A DNA stretch of 64,000 nucleotides, taken from an uncultured Faecalibacterium sp. GTDB lineage: Bacteria; Bacillota; Clostridia; Oscillospirales; Ruminococcaceae. The stretch is taken from positions 884 to 64,883 of the forward strand of contig CAKSWU010000010.1 of NCBI GenBank assembly GCA_934513205.1, in the 5' to 3' direction. Within the stretch, counting starts at the first letter, position 1. Every line of letters begins with the position of its first letter. Made by a program: the position numbers and the translations under genes. Below the pieces are notes generated by a model. The model saw nothing but the letters and a program-made list of their open reading frames with translations. It did not search any database and had not been told where the DNA came from. Positions 46,600 through 55,027 of this stretch are shown in pieces.

Positions 46600-47925
46600 T
46601 CACCCGTTTTTCTGCATGGCACAGAGGAAAAATCCGTCCATGCCGGTGCGGGTGGGCACCGAGAGTGCTCCGTGCTCCCCCGCCGTCATCCCGGCAGGCA
46701 GCTCCACGGCGGGCGTTACCACCGCAAACTCCGGGTGACGGCGCAGGAAAGCGGTGATCTGCTGCTGATTTTCCGCCGGGTCGATGGTGCAGGTGGAATA
46801 CACCAGCCTGCCGCCGGGTTTCAGCATCGCAGCCGCCGTATCAAGGATCGCCGATTGGGTCGCCAATAATTCCGCTTCCCGCGCCGGGTCCAGCTTTTTG
46901 TAGCGCAGGTCCGGTTTTTTTGCAAGGATGCCCAGACCGCTGCAGGGTACATCTGCCAGAATGCGGTCTGCCATAGGCAGCGCCGGGTTCAGCTTTGTGG
47001 CATCGTTGCACAAAGGCTGCACATTGGCAAGCCCCATGCGCTCCACCGCCGTGCGGATGAGACGCACCCGGTTCTCGGCGGCATCGCAGCTGTAAAGTTT
47101 GCCGGTATCCTGCATTTGCTGCGCCAGAAGGATGGTCTTGCCGCCGGGAGCAGCGCAGAGGTCCAGCACCGTCTCTCCGGGCTGTGCTTCCACGCAGAGT
47201 GCCGCCAGCTGGCTGGCCTGCCCTTCCACATGGAAATATCCCTGCTGGAACCACGGATCCCCGGCAGGACTGCCCTCGAACCGCGCCAGAACGCTTCCAG
47301 GCACCATGCCCGGGCGGGCTTCCTTTGCGCCGGAATCCAGCAGCTTCTGGCAAAGTTCTTCCGCGTTCGTCCGGAGCGGGTTTGCCCGCAGACTGGTCAA
47401 GCCTCCGTCTGCCTTGTAGGTCAGGATGCCCAGCGCCTCGTCCGGGTAGTTTTTGTGAAGGAATGCTGCCACGTCCTGCCCGGCAGAGCCCAGCACCATC
47501 AGTTTCTGGACCTCATCGCGGAATACCGCCGTATCCAGATCGTAATTGCAGGCTTTGCGCAGCACGGCGTTGACAAGGCCGGAGGCGCTGGACTTTTTGA
47601 AGGTTCGGGTCAGCTTGACGGCCTCGTTCACCGCGGCAGACACCGGAACCTGCATATAGCGGGCCTGTGCCAGTGCCGCACGCAGGATCTCGCGCACCGG
47701 AGCATCCAGCTTGGCAAGACCCTTGGGCAAAAACTGCTCCAGAATGTAGTCCAGTGTTCCCCGATGCTCCAGCACCGTGTAGAAAATGGCCCCGGCAAAA
47801 GCTTTTTCGCGGCCTTCCAGCTTCTGACGCTTCAGTTCTGCATCCAGAACAAGGTTGGAAAAACCGTCCTGTTCCTGTCGCACCAGCGCCGAAACCGCCG
47901 CCGCGCGGGGGTTCGCGCCCATCAA
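46600..47925 (-). CDS. rsmB: 16S rRNA m5C967 methyltransferase RsmB (Sun)
   Basis: 441 aa. NusB-like N-domain, ..DLCAAPGGKT.., ..DVPCSGLG.., ..YSTCT... ATGA overlap with the fmt stop. Confidence 0.93.
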   Translation of the reverse strand: MMGANPRAAAVSALVRQEQDGFSNLVLDAELKRQKLEGREKAFAGAIFYTVLEHRGTLDYILEQFLPKGLAKLDAPVREILRAALAQARYMQVPVSAAVNEAVKLTRTFKKSSASGLVNAVLRKACNYDLDTAVFRDEVQKLMVLGSAGQDVAAFLHKNYPDEALGILTYKADGGLTSLRANPLRTNAEELCQKLLDSGAKEARPGMVPGSVLARFEGSPAGDPWFQQGYFHVEGQASQLAALCVEAQPGETVLDLCAAPGGKTILLAQQMQDTGKLYSCDAAENRVRLIRTAVERMGLANVQPLCNDATKLNPALPMADRILADVPCSGLGILAKKPDLRYKKLDPAREAELLATQSAILDTAAAMLKPGGRLVYSTCTIDPAENQQQITAFLRRHPEFAVVTPAVELPAGMTAGEHGALSVPTRTGMDGFFLCAMQKNG

Positions 47926-48842
47926 AGGAGATCCCCCGTTTTCAGGCGCAGACCGGCAGCAAAGGCTGTACCGTCCATGGGCTTTTTGCCCTCCGGCACC
48001 ACCTGCAGCAGCTGGACAGCGCCCTCACCGCAAGCCACGGTCAGGGGCTTTGTCGCCAGCACCGTACCGGGGGCTTCCCCGCCGGATGCTGCCGTGCGGC
48101 ACTCCATCACCTTCAGCTTTTTGCCACCGGAGGTGACGAACCATGCCCCGGGCCACGGGTTCATGCCGCGCACCCAGTTGTGGATGTGGGCGGCAGAGTC
48201 GGTCAGATGGAACTGTGCCATCTCTTTGTTCAGCATGGGGGCAAGGGTGGCACGTTCGTGGTCCTGCGGCACCGGTGTCAGAGCACCGGCTGCGATCTGC
48301 GGCACCACCTGACACAGCACCCGGGCCCCCACAGCGGTAACGCGGTCAAACAGCTCGCCGCTGGTCTCCTCGGGGTCAATGGCGATCTTCTCGTAGCACA
48401 GCACATCGCCGGTGTCCAGACCTTCGTCCATCTGCATGATGGAGACTCCGGTCTCGGCATCGCCGTTCAGCACCGACCACTGCACCGGAGCGCTGCCCCG
48501 ATACTTGGGCAGCAGCGAGACATGCAGGTTGATGCAGCCGCAGCGAGGCAGTTCCAGCACCGACTTCGGCAGGATGCAGCCATAGGCCACCACCACGATC
48601 AGTTCCGGTGCCAGTGCGCGGATGTTCTCGTCCTCGCTGCCATCCCGCAGAGTGCGAGGCTGGAACACCGGCGTACCGTGCTCCAGTGCAACCTCCTTGA
48701 CCGGCGGCGCGGTCAGCACCTGCTTGCGGCCAACGGGCTTGTCCCGCCGGGTGTACACCGCGCAGATGTCATGCCCGGCGGCATACAGGGCTTTCAGGCA
48801 TTCGGCAGCAATATCCGGCGTGCCCATGAACAAAATGCGCAT
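47922..48842 (-). CDS. fmt: Methionyl-tRNA formyltransferase
   Basis: 306 aa. MRILFMGTPDIA.., ..NLHVSLLPKYRGSAP... Confidence 0.96.
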   Translation of the reverse strand: MRILFMGTPDIAAECLKALYAAGHDICAVYTRRDKPVGRKQVLTAPPVKEVALEHGTPVFQPRTLRDGSEDENIRALAPELIVVVAYGCILPKSVLELPRCGCINLHVSLLPKYRGSAPVQWSVLNGDAETGVSIMQMDEGLDTGDVLCYEKIAIDPEETSGELFDRVTAVGARVLCQVVPQIAAGALTPVPQDHERATLAPMLNKEMAQFHLTDSAAHIHNWVRGMNPWPGAWFVTSGGKKLKVMECRTAASGGEAPGTVLATKPLTVACGEGAVQLLQVVPEGKKPMDGTAFAAGLRLKTGDLL

Positions 48843-49378
48843 CAGTTATTTCCTTTCGCTTCGCGGGCAGCCTTTTTGCCCTCTTCGGTGTCCTCGTAGA
48901 AATACTCGCTGGACTGCATGATGGTAATGCCGTCCAGATGGTCATTTTCATGCTGGATGCAGCGGCCCAGCAGGTTCTCGGCTTCCAGCTCGAACCACTT
49001 CCCGTGGCGGTCCTGTGCGCGCACCTTGACCGCAGCAGGGCGGGTCACCGCGCCGTTATGCCCCGGGAAAGACAGGCAGCCCTCATAGGCGGTCTCCTCA
49101 TCCTCGGACACCGCGATGATTTCCGGGTTCACGAAGTCGATGAACTTGTACTCGTAATCGGCAGGGATCTCCTCCGGGGCATCGGTGGTGTCCCACACCA
49201 CGAACAGGCGGCGCAGCATGCCCACCTGCGGGCCGGCCAGACCCACGCCGTCAGCGGCGATCATGGTCTCGTGCATATCGTCCAGCAGCGTTGCCAGACG
49301 GTCGTCAAAGTTGGTGACAGGGCGGCAGACCTTGTTCAGGATGGGGTCGCCTTCTTTTACAATGTTGCGAATTGCCAT
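48842..49378 (-). CDS. def: Peptide deformylase
   Basis: 178 aa. ..GVGLAGPQVG.., ..EGCLS.., ..QHENDHLDG... Its stop overlaps the fmt ATG by 1 nt. Confidence 0.96.
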   Translation of the reverse strand: MAIRNIVKEGDPILNKVCRPVTNFDDRLATLLDDMHETMIAADGVGLAGPQVGMLRRLFVVWDTTDAPEEIPADYEYKFIDFVNPEIIAVSEDEETAYEGCLSFPGHNGAVTRPAAVKVRAQDRHGKWFELEAENLLGRCIQHENDHLDGITIMQSSEYFYEDTEEGKKAAREAKGNN

Positions 49379-49402
49379 AATTGGTACCTCTCAATGAAAT
49401 TA

Positions 49403-50233
49403 TTAGTTTTTGTTGTAGCCAAATTCTCTTGTCCGAAGCGTTTCTTTCCACCAAGATTCCCGCTTCAGGATATATCCATCATCCATTCTTGCATTGTAAT
49501 TTTCAAGAACAGAATACTGAAAATTCTGTTTTACATAGTCAAATCCCTGCTGCTTTACAAGCTCCCGCAGCTCGACGTTTCCACCGTGTCCGTCTGCAAC
49601 ATAATTCGACCATCGCTGGAGCAGCATCCCGGTCTGGGATGTTGCAGACCCCACATACAGCTTACCGGTCTTTGTGTCAGTGATGAGGTAGACGGCCTTC
49701 TGGTTTTTCAGAGCATTGACCCATCCGGGCAGCTGACGGTCCACGATAGTTTTCAGCCTCGGATAGCTCAGCCGAACATTCTCGTATCCCGGAAACTCAT
49801 CGCCGGTATACTGTTCATTCAATATCTCAGCAACTTCCAACTCATCCATGACCGTTTCATACTTTCGACTCATTCTCCGGCTGTCGTTGTGAAACTTCAC
49901 CACCACACGGCCAAAATACTGCTCGTACTCTTTCCGCTCGTCGGCATCATATTCCACGTCCTCGGTCACATCACGCAGACCGGTGATTTTTTTAATGGTC
50001 GTCAGCAGCCACTTATCCCGCCTGAATTTGAGCAGACAGATCGCCGTCTGCCCCACGCTGAAATCATGGCGATCTTTATGACCCAGTAGCCAATACACGT
50101 TCACCCAGTCGGGATTCGTCTTGTAGAGTTCCAATGGGTCATCGGAGCCATCGTAAACATTGAACTTTACACGGACATCAGGCATCTCTGCGGCATTAAA
50201 TTGCAACAGGTCGTTGAGCATGATTTTTGCCAT
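49403..50233 (-). CDS. GIY-YIG nuclease-domain protein (C-terminal GIY-YIG, N-terminal ~170 aa of unknown function); low-GC insertion
   Basis: 276 aa. GIY-YIG elements: KAVYLITDTKTGKLYVGSAT (GIY..YIG), LLQRWSNY (Arg), HGGN, KRESWWKETL (Glu), FGYNKN (Asn). It has its own GAGGAA RBS, 12 nt after the priA stop, and its stop lies 24 nt before the def ATG. Two 60-nt samples I counted gave 38% and 48% G+C, against about 60% in the flanks. Confidence 0.85.
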   Translation of the reverse strand: MAKIMLNDLLQFNAAEMPDVRVKFNVYDGSDDPLELYKTNPDWVNVYWLLGHKDRHDFSVGQTAICLLKFRRDKWLLTTIKKITGLRDVTEDVEYDADERKEYEQYFGRVVVKFHNDSRRMSRKYETVMDELEVAEILNEQYTGDEFPGYENVRLSYPRLKTIVDRQLPGWVNALKNQKAVYLITDTKTGKLYVGSATSQTGMLLQRWSNYVADGHGGNVELRELVKQQGFDYVKQNFQYSVLENYNARMDDGYILKRESWWKETLRTREFGYNKN

Positions 50234-50245
50234 TTCAGTTCCTCA

Positions 50246-52507
50246 TTAAATCTCTCCATCCGAGTGCATATCCACCGCAGCGGTGGCACGGGACGGAAGC
50301 TTTTCCTGTTCATATCGTTCCAGCGTGCTGCGCACGAGGTCGCGGAAGCGGCGGTCGTTGCGGCACTTGACGGTGAGTTTGTAGCGGTAGGTGTCGTTGA
50401 TCTTTTCAATACTGCCGGGGGTCGGGCCCAGCACCCGCAGCGGCAGGTCCGGCTGCTGCGCCGCCTGCTGGCCCAGAAGCGCTGCAAAGCGGGCAGCGGC
50501 TGCCGCCACCTCTTTTTCCTTTGCACCGGAGAACCCGATGACGCACAGCCCGCAGAAGGGCGGGTACAGACCCAGCTTCCGATAGGCGATCTCCTGTTCA
50601 AAGAAGGCGTCATAGTCCTGTGCAGCGGCAAGGTTCAGCACCGGGTTGTCCGGGTCGGTGGTCTGGATGATGGCAAAGCCCGGGTCTTTTGCGCGGCCGC
50701 TGCGCCCCACAACCTGCGTTACCAGACTGAACACATTCTCGTACGCCCGGAACCCCTGCGCAAACAGCAGTGAGTCGATGCCCAGGACCCCCACAAGGGT
50801 CACATCCTCAAAATCCAGACCCTTTGCCACCATCTGGGTGCCCACCATGATGTCGTATTCATGCGCTGCAAATTTAGCAAGCAACTTTTCGTGGGCATCC
50901 TTGGCGGCGGTGGAGTCCTGATCCATCCGCAGCACCCGTGCGTCCGGAAAGAGCTTTGCCAGCTCCTCCTCGGCCTTCTGGGTGCCAAAGCCCCGGTACT
51001 GCAGCTTGCCGCCGCAGGCAGGGCACACCGTGGGCGGCGGCTGCTGCTGACTGCCGCAATAGTGGCACAGCACCTTGCGGGCCGATTTGTGGTAGACCAT
51101 GGGTACGCTGCATTTGGGACACTTGAGCACCTCGCGGCAGTCCTCGCACTGTGCCATGGTCTGATAGCCCCGGCGGTTCAGCAGCAGGATGGTCTGCTTT
51201 TTGGCGTCAAGGTTGCGGCGGATGGCATCCTCCAGTGCAATGCTGATCTCTCGCGGGTTGCCCGATGCCAGCTCTGCACGCATATCCACGATCTGCACCT
51301 TCGGCAGCGGGTTGCCGCCGTAGCGCTGGGTCAGACGCACCAGCTGGGTGCGTCCGTGGCAGGCGGCGTAGAAGCTTTCGGTGCTGGGGGTAGCGCTTGC
51401 CAGCAGCAACAGGGCACCGTTCTCCGCTGCGCGCTGCCGGGCCATCTCATGCGCCGAGTAGCGGGGAGAGGATTCCGACCGGTAGGTGTGCTCCTGCTCC
51501 TCGTCAATGATGATCAGACCGATGTTTTCCAGCGGCGAAAAGACCGCGCTGCGGGTGCCCACCACGATATCGGCCCCGCCGTCCTGGATCATCTGCCATT
51601 GCAGCAGACGTTCCGTGTGGTTGAGCGCGGAGTGCTGCACCGCCACACGGCGTCCAAACTGGCTCTTGAGCCGCAGGATCATCTGAGGGGTCAGGCTGAT
51701 CTCCGGCACCAGCACCAGCGCCTTGCGGCCCAATTCCAGACACCGGGCAATGAGCCGCAGGAACACCAGCGTCTTGCCGCTGCCGGTAACGCCGTACAGC
51801 AGCGCTGTGTGGGGGTCGCGGTCCTCCAGTTTCGGCAGCAGAGCATCGTAGGCCTCCTGCTGTTCTGCGGTCAGCTCGATGGGTTCGTTTTTCAGCGGGA
51901 TGGACGAATACAGGTCGATGGAGCGGTTCACCTTGCTGCATTCCAGCACCCCTTTGGTGCAAAGGTTGTCCAGCACTGCCCGGCTGATGCCTTTTTCTTC
52001 CAGCTCGTTCAGGGTGCGCGGGCCACCGCCCAACAGCGCCACTGCCGCCAGCTGTTTGGCAGTGGGCTTTGGCTTCTGGGGCAGTGCCGCCACCAGCTTG
52101 TAGGCATTTTCGGTGTGGCGGGTAAGCTGCTTTTGCAGCACCGGCGTCACGCCGTCCGCCGCCACAGCGGGCTTATACTGGGCACCGTAGGGGATGACCG
52201 CCTTGACTGCTTCGTAGTAGGTGCAGAAGGTGCGCTCCTTTAAAAAATGCACCAGCCGCAGCAGCTCCGGAGTCAGGCAGGCCGATGCCGGGGCCACGTC
52301 AAACAGATATTTCAGCTTGGAGTGCTCCGGCTCGGCATCGCAGGCCAGTACCACACCCATGCGGGCGCGGCTGCCCCGCCCAAAGGGCACCAGTACCATA
52401 CTGCCCAGACGCACCACATTCTGGTGCTCCGGAAGAACAGCGTAGGTATACAGCTTATCAAAATGGAAGGTCGCATTGCTGACGGCAACGCCTACCGTTT
52501 TGGGCAT
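50246..52507 (-). CDS. priA: Primosomal protein N' (PriA helicase)
   Basis: 753 aa. Walker [14 protein letters not shown] (DEAH-like), and a Cys-rich Zn region (CEDCREVLKCPKCSVPMVYH...CHYCG...CPACG). Confidence 0.96.
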   Translation of the reverse strand: MPKTVGVAVSNATFHFDKLYTYAVLPEHQNVVRLGSMVLVPFGRGSRARMGVVLACDAEPEHSKLKYLFDVAPASACLTPELLRLVHFLKERTFCTYYEAVKAVIPYGAQYKPAVAADGVTPVLQKQLTRHTENAYKLVAALPQKPKPTAKQLAAVALLGGGPRTLNELEEKGISRAVLDNLCTKGVLECSKVNRSIDLYSSIPLKNEPIELTAEQQEAYDALLPKLEDRDPHTALLYGVTGSGKTLVFLRLIARCLELGRKALVLVPEISLTPQMILRLKSQFGRRVAVQHSALNHTERLLQWQMIQDGGADIVVGTRSAVFSPLENIGLIIIDEEQEHTYRSESSPRYSAHEMARQRAAENGALLLLASATPSTESFYAACHGRTQLVRLTQRYGGNPLPKVQIVDMRAELASGNPREISIALEDAIRRNLDAKKQTILLLNRRGYQTMAQCEDCREVLKCPKCSVPMVYHKSARKVLCHYCGSQQQPPPTVCPACGGKLQYRGFGTQKAEEELAKLFPDARVLRMDQDSTAAKDAHEKLLAKFAAHEYDIMVGTQMVAKGLDFEDVTLVGVLGIDSLLFAQGFRAYENVFSLVTQVVGRSGRAKDPGFAIIQTTDPDNPVLNLAAAQDYDAFFEQEIAYRKLGLYPPFCGLCVIGFSGAKEKEVAAAAARFAALLGQQAAQQPDLPLRVLGPTPGSIEKINDTYRYKLTVKCRNDRRFRDLVRSTLERYEQEKLPSRATAAVDMHSDGEI

Positions 52508-52528
52508 CGGTCCCGCTCCTTCAAAATA

Positions 52529-53101
52529 TTATTCTTCGCTGCCGATGCGCTGGCAGATGACCTTGTACAGTGCATCTGCGCAGGCATCGACCTGATCGTT
52601 GACCAGCTTCAGGGTGAACTTGTCCTGCTGGGCAAGCTCCTGCTTTGCCGTGGCAAGACGCTCCCGGATACTGTCCTCGGTCTCGGTGCCGCGGCCCCGC
52701 AGACGACGCTCCAGCTCCTGCTCCGAGGGGGGCAGCAGAAACACAGTAGTCGCGCCCGGGAACATGCGGCGGATGTTAGCGGCGCCGTGCACGTCGATGA
52801 CAAGAACGACCACCTTTTTTTCGCTGATGCGTTTGTCCACTTCTTCGCGCAGGGTGCCGTAGTAGTTGCCGTTGTAGAAATTGTACTCCACGACCTGATC
52901 CTTTTCGATCAGCTGCTGGAACTGTTCCCGGGTGCGGTAATAGTAATCCACGCCCTCCTGCTCGCCGGGGCGCGGAGCGCGGGTGGTGGCGGAGACGGTC
53001 TTTTCGATCTCCGGGTGCGCCTCGCGCAGGGCCTTGACCACGCTGTCCTTGCCGGTCCCTGCTGCGCCGGAGACCACAAACAGATATTTATCATTCGCCA
53101 T
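52529..53101 (-). CDS. gmk: Guanylate kinase
   Basis: 190 aa. [10 protein letters not shown]-loop, with ..[15 protein letters not shown]... Confidence 0.95.
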   Translation of the reverse strand: MANDKYLFVVSGAAGTGKDSVVKALREAHPEIEKTVSATTRAPRPGEQEGVDYYYRTREQFQQLIEKDQVVEYNFYNGNYYGTLREEVDKRISEKKVVVLVIDVHGAANIRRMFPGATTVFLLPPSEQELERRLRGRGTETEDSIRERLATAKQELAQQDKFTLKLVNDQVDACADALYKVICQRIGSEE

Positions 53102-53369
53102 GGGGCGGTTCCTCCTCTGTTGTCATTTTGCCCTCCTGCCCTGCCGCACGGTTGGCCACCGTTTCCGGCTGAAGAGCCGAGAGCACCACATGATCCGAGT
53201 CCATGATGAGCACGGCGCGGGTGCTGCGCCCATAGGATGCGTCGATCAGCATCCCGCGCTCCCGCGCTTCCTTCACCAGACGCTTGACCGGTGCAGAGTC
53301 CGGGCTGACCACTGCCACCACCCGGCCTGCACTGACCATATTGCCAAATCCGATGTTGATCAGCTTCAT
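53091..53369 (-). CDS. remA: RemA/DUF370-family regulator
   Basis: 92 aa. [48 protein letters not shown] is near-invariant in the RemA family. Confidence 0.9.
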   Translation of the reverse strand: MKLINIGFGNMVSAGRVVAVVSPDSAPVKRLVKEARERGMLIDASYGRSTRAVLIMDSDHVVLSALQPETVANRAAGQEGKMTTEEEPPHGE

Positions 53370-53393
53370 AAACTCCTCCGAACGTTTTGCCGT

Positions 53394-54272
53394 TTACTCC
53401 AGATTCTGGATCTGCTCGCGGATCTTTTCGATCTCGGCCTTCATATCCACCACGATGCGGGTGATGTCCAGATCCTGACACTTGGAGCCGATGGTATTGG
53501 TCTCGCGGTTCAGCTCCTGCGTCAGGAAATCCAGCTTGCGGCCCACCGGCTCGTTCAGATTCAGAATATCACGGTACTGCGCGATGTGACTGCGCAGGCG
53601 GACGGTCTCCTCGTCCACGGCGGTCTTGTCGCCAAAGATGGCAGCCTCGGTCAGGATGCGGGCATCGTCAATGTCCCGGTCCTCCAGAAGGACCTTGAGT
53701 TTCTCGTACAGGCGGCTGGTATAGTTTTCCACCCGGCCTGCACTGAGCGTCTCCACCCTGCCCACGCATTCCTCCAGAAAGCACAGACGGTTTTCCACGT
53801 CCGCCTTCATTTTGGCACCCTCGGCAGCGCGCATCTCCACAAAGCGGTCCAGCGCCTGCGCCGTCACAGCGCTGACGTCCTCCCACAGCTGTTCCTCGTC
53901 CACATCGGCGTGGCGGGTGGTCAGCACGTCCGGGAAACGGGTCAGCACGCTGGCAGAAATGTCGTTTTTGACGCCAAGCTGTTCCGAAAGGTCCCGCATG
54001 GCCTGCTGATAGCTGCGGGCCAGCTCCAGATTAACTGCGACCTCTGTATCGGCGACGTCCACATTCTGCACCGTCAGGCTCAGCTCCACCTTGCCGCGGG
54101 TGACACGCTCGTTGAGCTGTTTTTTCAGACGGCTGTCCATAAAGCTGCAGGTGCGTGGGATGCGCGAGGAATACTCAAAGTAGCGGGAATTGACACTGCG
54201 CAGTTCCACCGTGATCTCACGGCCATTGCGAAGGGCAGTTCCCCGGCCAAAGCCGGTCATGCTCAAAATCAT
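53394..54272 (-). CDS. yicC: YicC/YloC-family endoribonuclease
   Basis: ORF 53394..54362. ATG 54272 (MILSMTGFGRG) follows AGGAGAG. C-terminal ..LNRETNTIGSK... Confidence 0.9.
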   Translation of the reverse strand: MILSMTGFGRGTALRNGREITVELRSVNSRYFEYSSRIPRTCSFMDSRLKKQLNERVTRGKVELSLTVQNVDVADTEVAVNLELARSYQQAMRDLSEQLGVKNDISASVLTRFPDVLTTRHADVDEEQLWEDVSAVTAQALDRFVEMRAAEGAKMKADVENRLCFLEECVGRVETLSAGRVENYTSRLYEKLKVLLEDRDIDDARILTEAAIFGDKTAVDEETVRLRSHIAQYRDILNLNEPVGRKLDFLTQELNRETNTIGSKCQDLDITRIVVDMKAEIEKIREQIQNLE

Positions 54273-54440
54273 ACGCTCTCCTGTTCTCTTATTCCGTTCC
54301 GATCTTGTTCTTTTTCGTATAGGTATCCGCTTTGGGGCACACGCTCCCATGTTACGATACATATAGCATCATTTTACTATTCTTTTGGGAAAAATTCAAG
54401 GTGCAGCACTGCCTTTTGTTGGCAGCAGACTGCCCGCAAC

Positions 54441-54484
54441 GAAAACCGCCCTGGGCAGAGCCCGGCGGCTCTGCTTCAGGGCGG
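54441..54484 (-). terminator. Rho-independent terminator downstream of the transposase remnant
   Basis: Minus strand reads CCGCCCTG-...-CAGGGCGG (with an internal AGAGCC/GGCTCT helix) followed by TTTTCGTT. Confidence 0.6.
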
Positions 54485-54489
54485 TGGAT

Positions 54490-54831
54490 TCAGGTAGTCT
54501 TGTACACGCAGGAGACTGTGCTCTGCAACAGGTCCGCGTTCAGCAGGGTCTGCTCCACCCAGTGAACGTTGTCCTTGATGGTGTCCCGGGAGACCTCATA
54601 CTCTTTTGCAATGCTGTCCATGCTGCGGTACTCATGGCGGTAGATCAATGTCAGGATCAGCTTGTCCTCCATGGTGATCTTGCTGAAGCGCGGGCGGCGC
54701 TTGTGCTCTTTTGCATAAGCTTCCTCCACCGCCGCCAACATCTTGTCATACTCTGCTTTTGTAATTCCGAACGCCAGCCAGTAGTCTCTCTCGGTAAACT
54801 CTGCCAGCTTTTCCGCTGTGATCGTTCTCAT
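54490..54831 (-). pseudogene. N-terminal HTH (HTH_Tnp_4-like) fragment of an IS5/Harbinger-type DDE transposase; the DDE domain is missing
   Basis: 113 aa. ..FGITKAEYDKML...RRPRFSKITMEDKLILTLIYRHEYRSMDSIAKEYEVSRDTIKDNVHWVEQTL.. matches the N-terminal pattern of DDE_Tnp_4 transposases (..KLS.EDKLLMTLEYLREY.T...IA..YG.S.S.....I.W.E..L). The ORF stops where the catalytic domain should begin, and only 127 nt remain before the next gene. Confidence 0.55.
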
Positions 54832-54977
54832 GGCATTCCCCCGCTTTTCTGCGCTGCGTTTGTGATCTTGGGCGTTGTTCTGACTTTATAATAAAGAGTG
54901 CAGTACCTCCAGTCAATGCGACTGTTTCTGTTTCGAACCGATCTGTGCACCTGTTCTGCGCAAAGCGCGTCCCAGGT

Positions 54978-55011
54978 ACAAAAAGGGCCTCCCGCCCACT
55001 GCGGGAAGCCC
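54978..55011 (-). terminator. Rho-independent terminator of the carboxyltransferase operon
   Basis: Minus strand reads GGGCTTCCCGC-agtgg-GCGGGAGGCCC followed by TTTTTGT. Confidence 0.75.
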
Positions 55012-55027
55012 TTGGGGATCCGATCAC

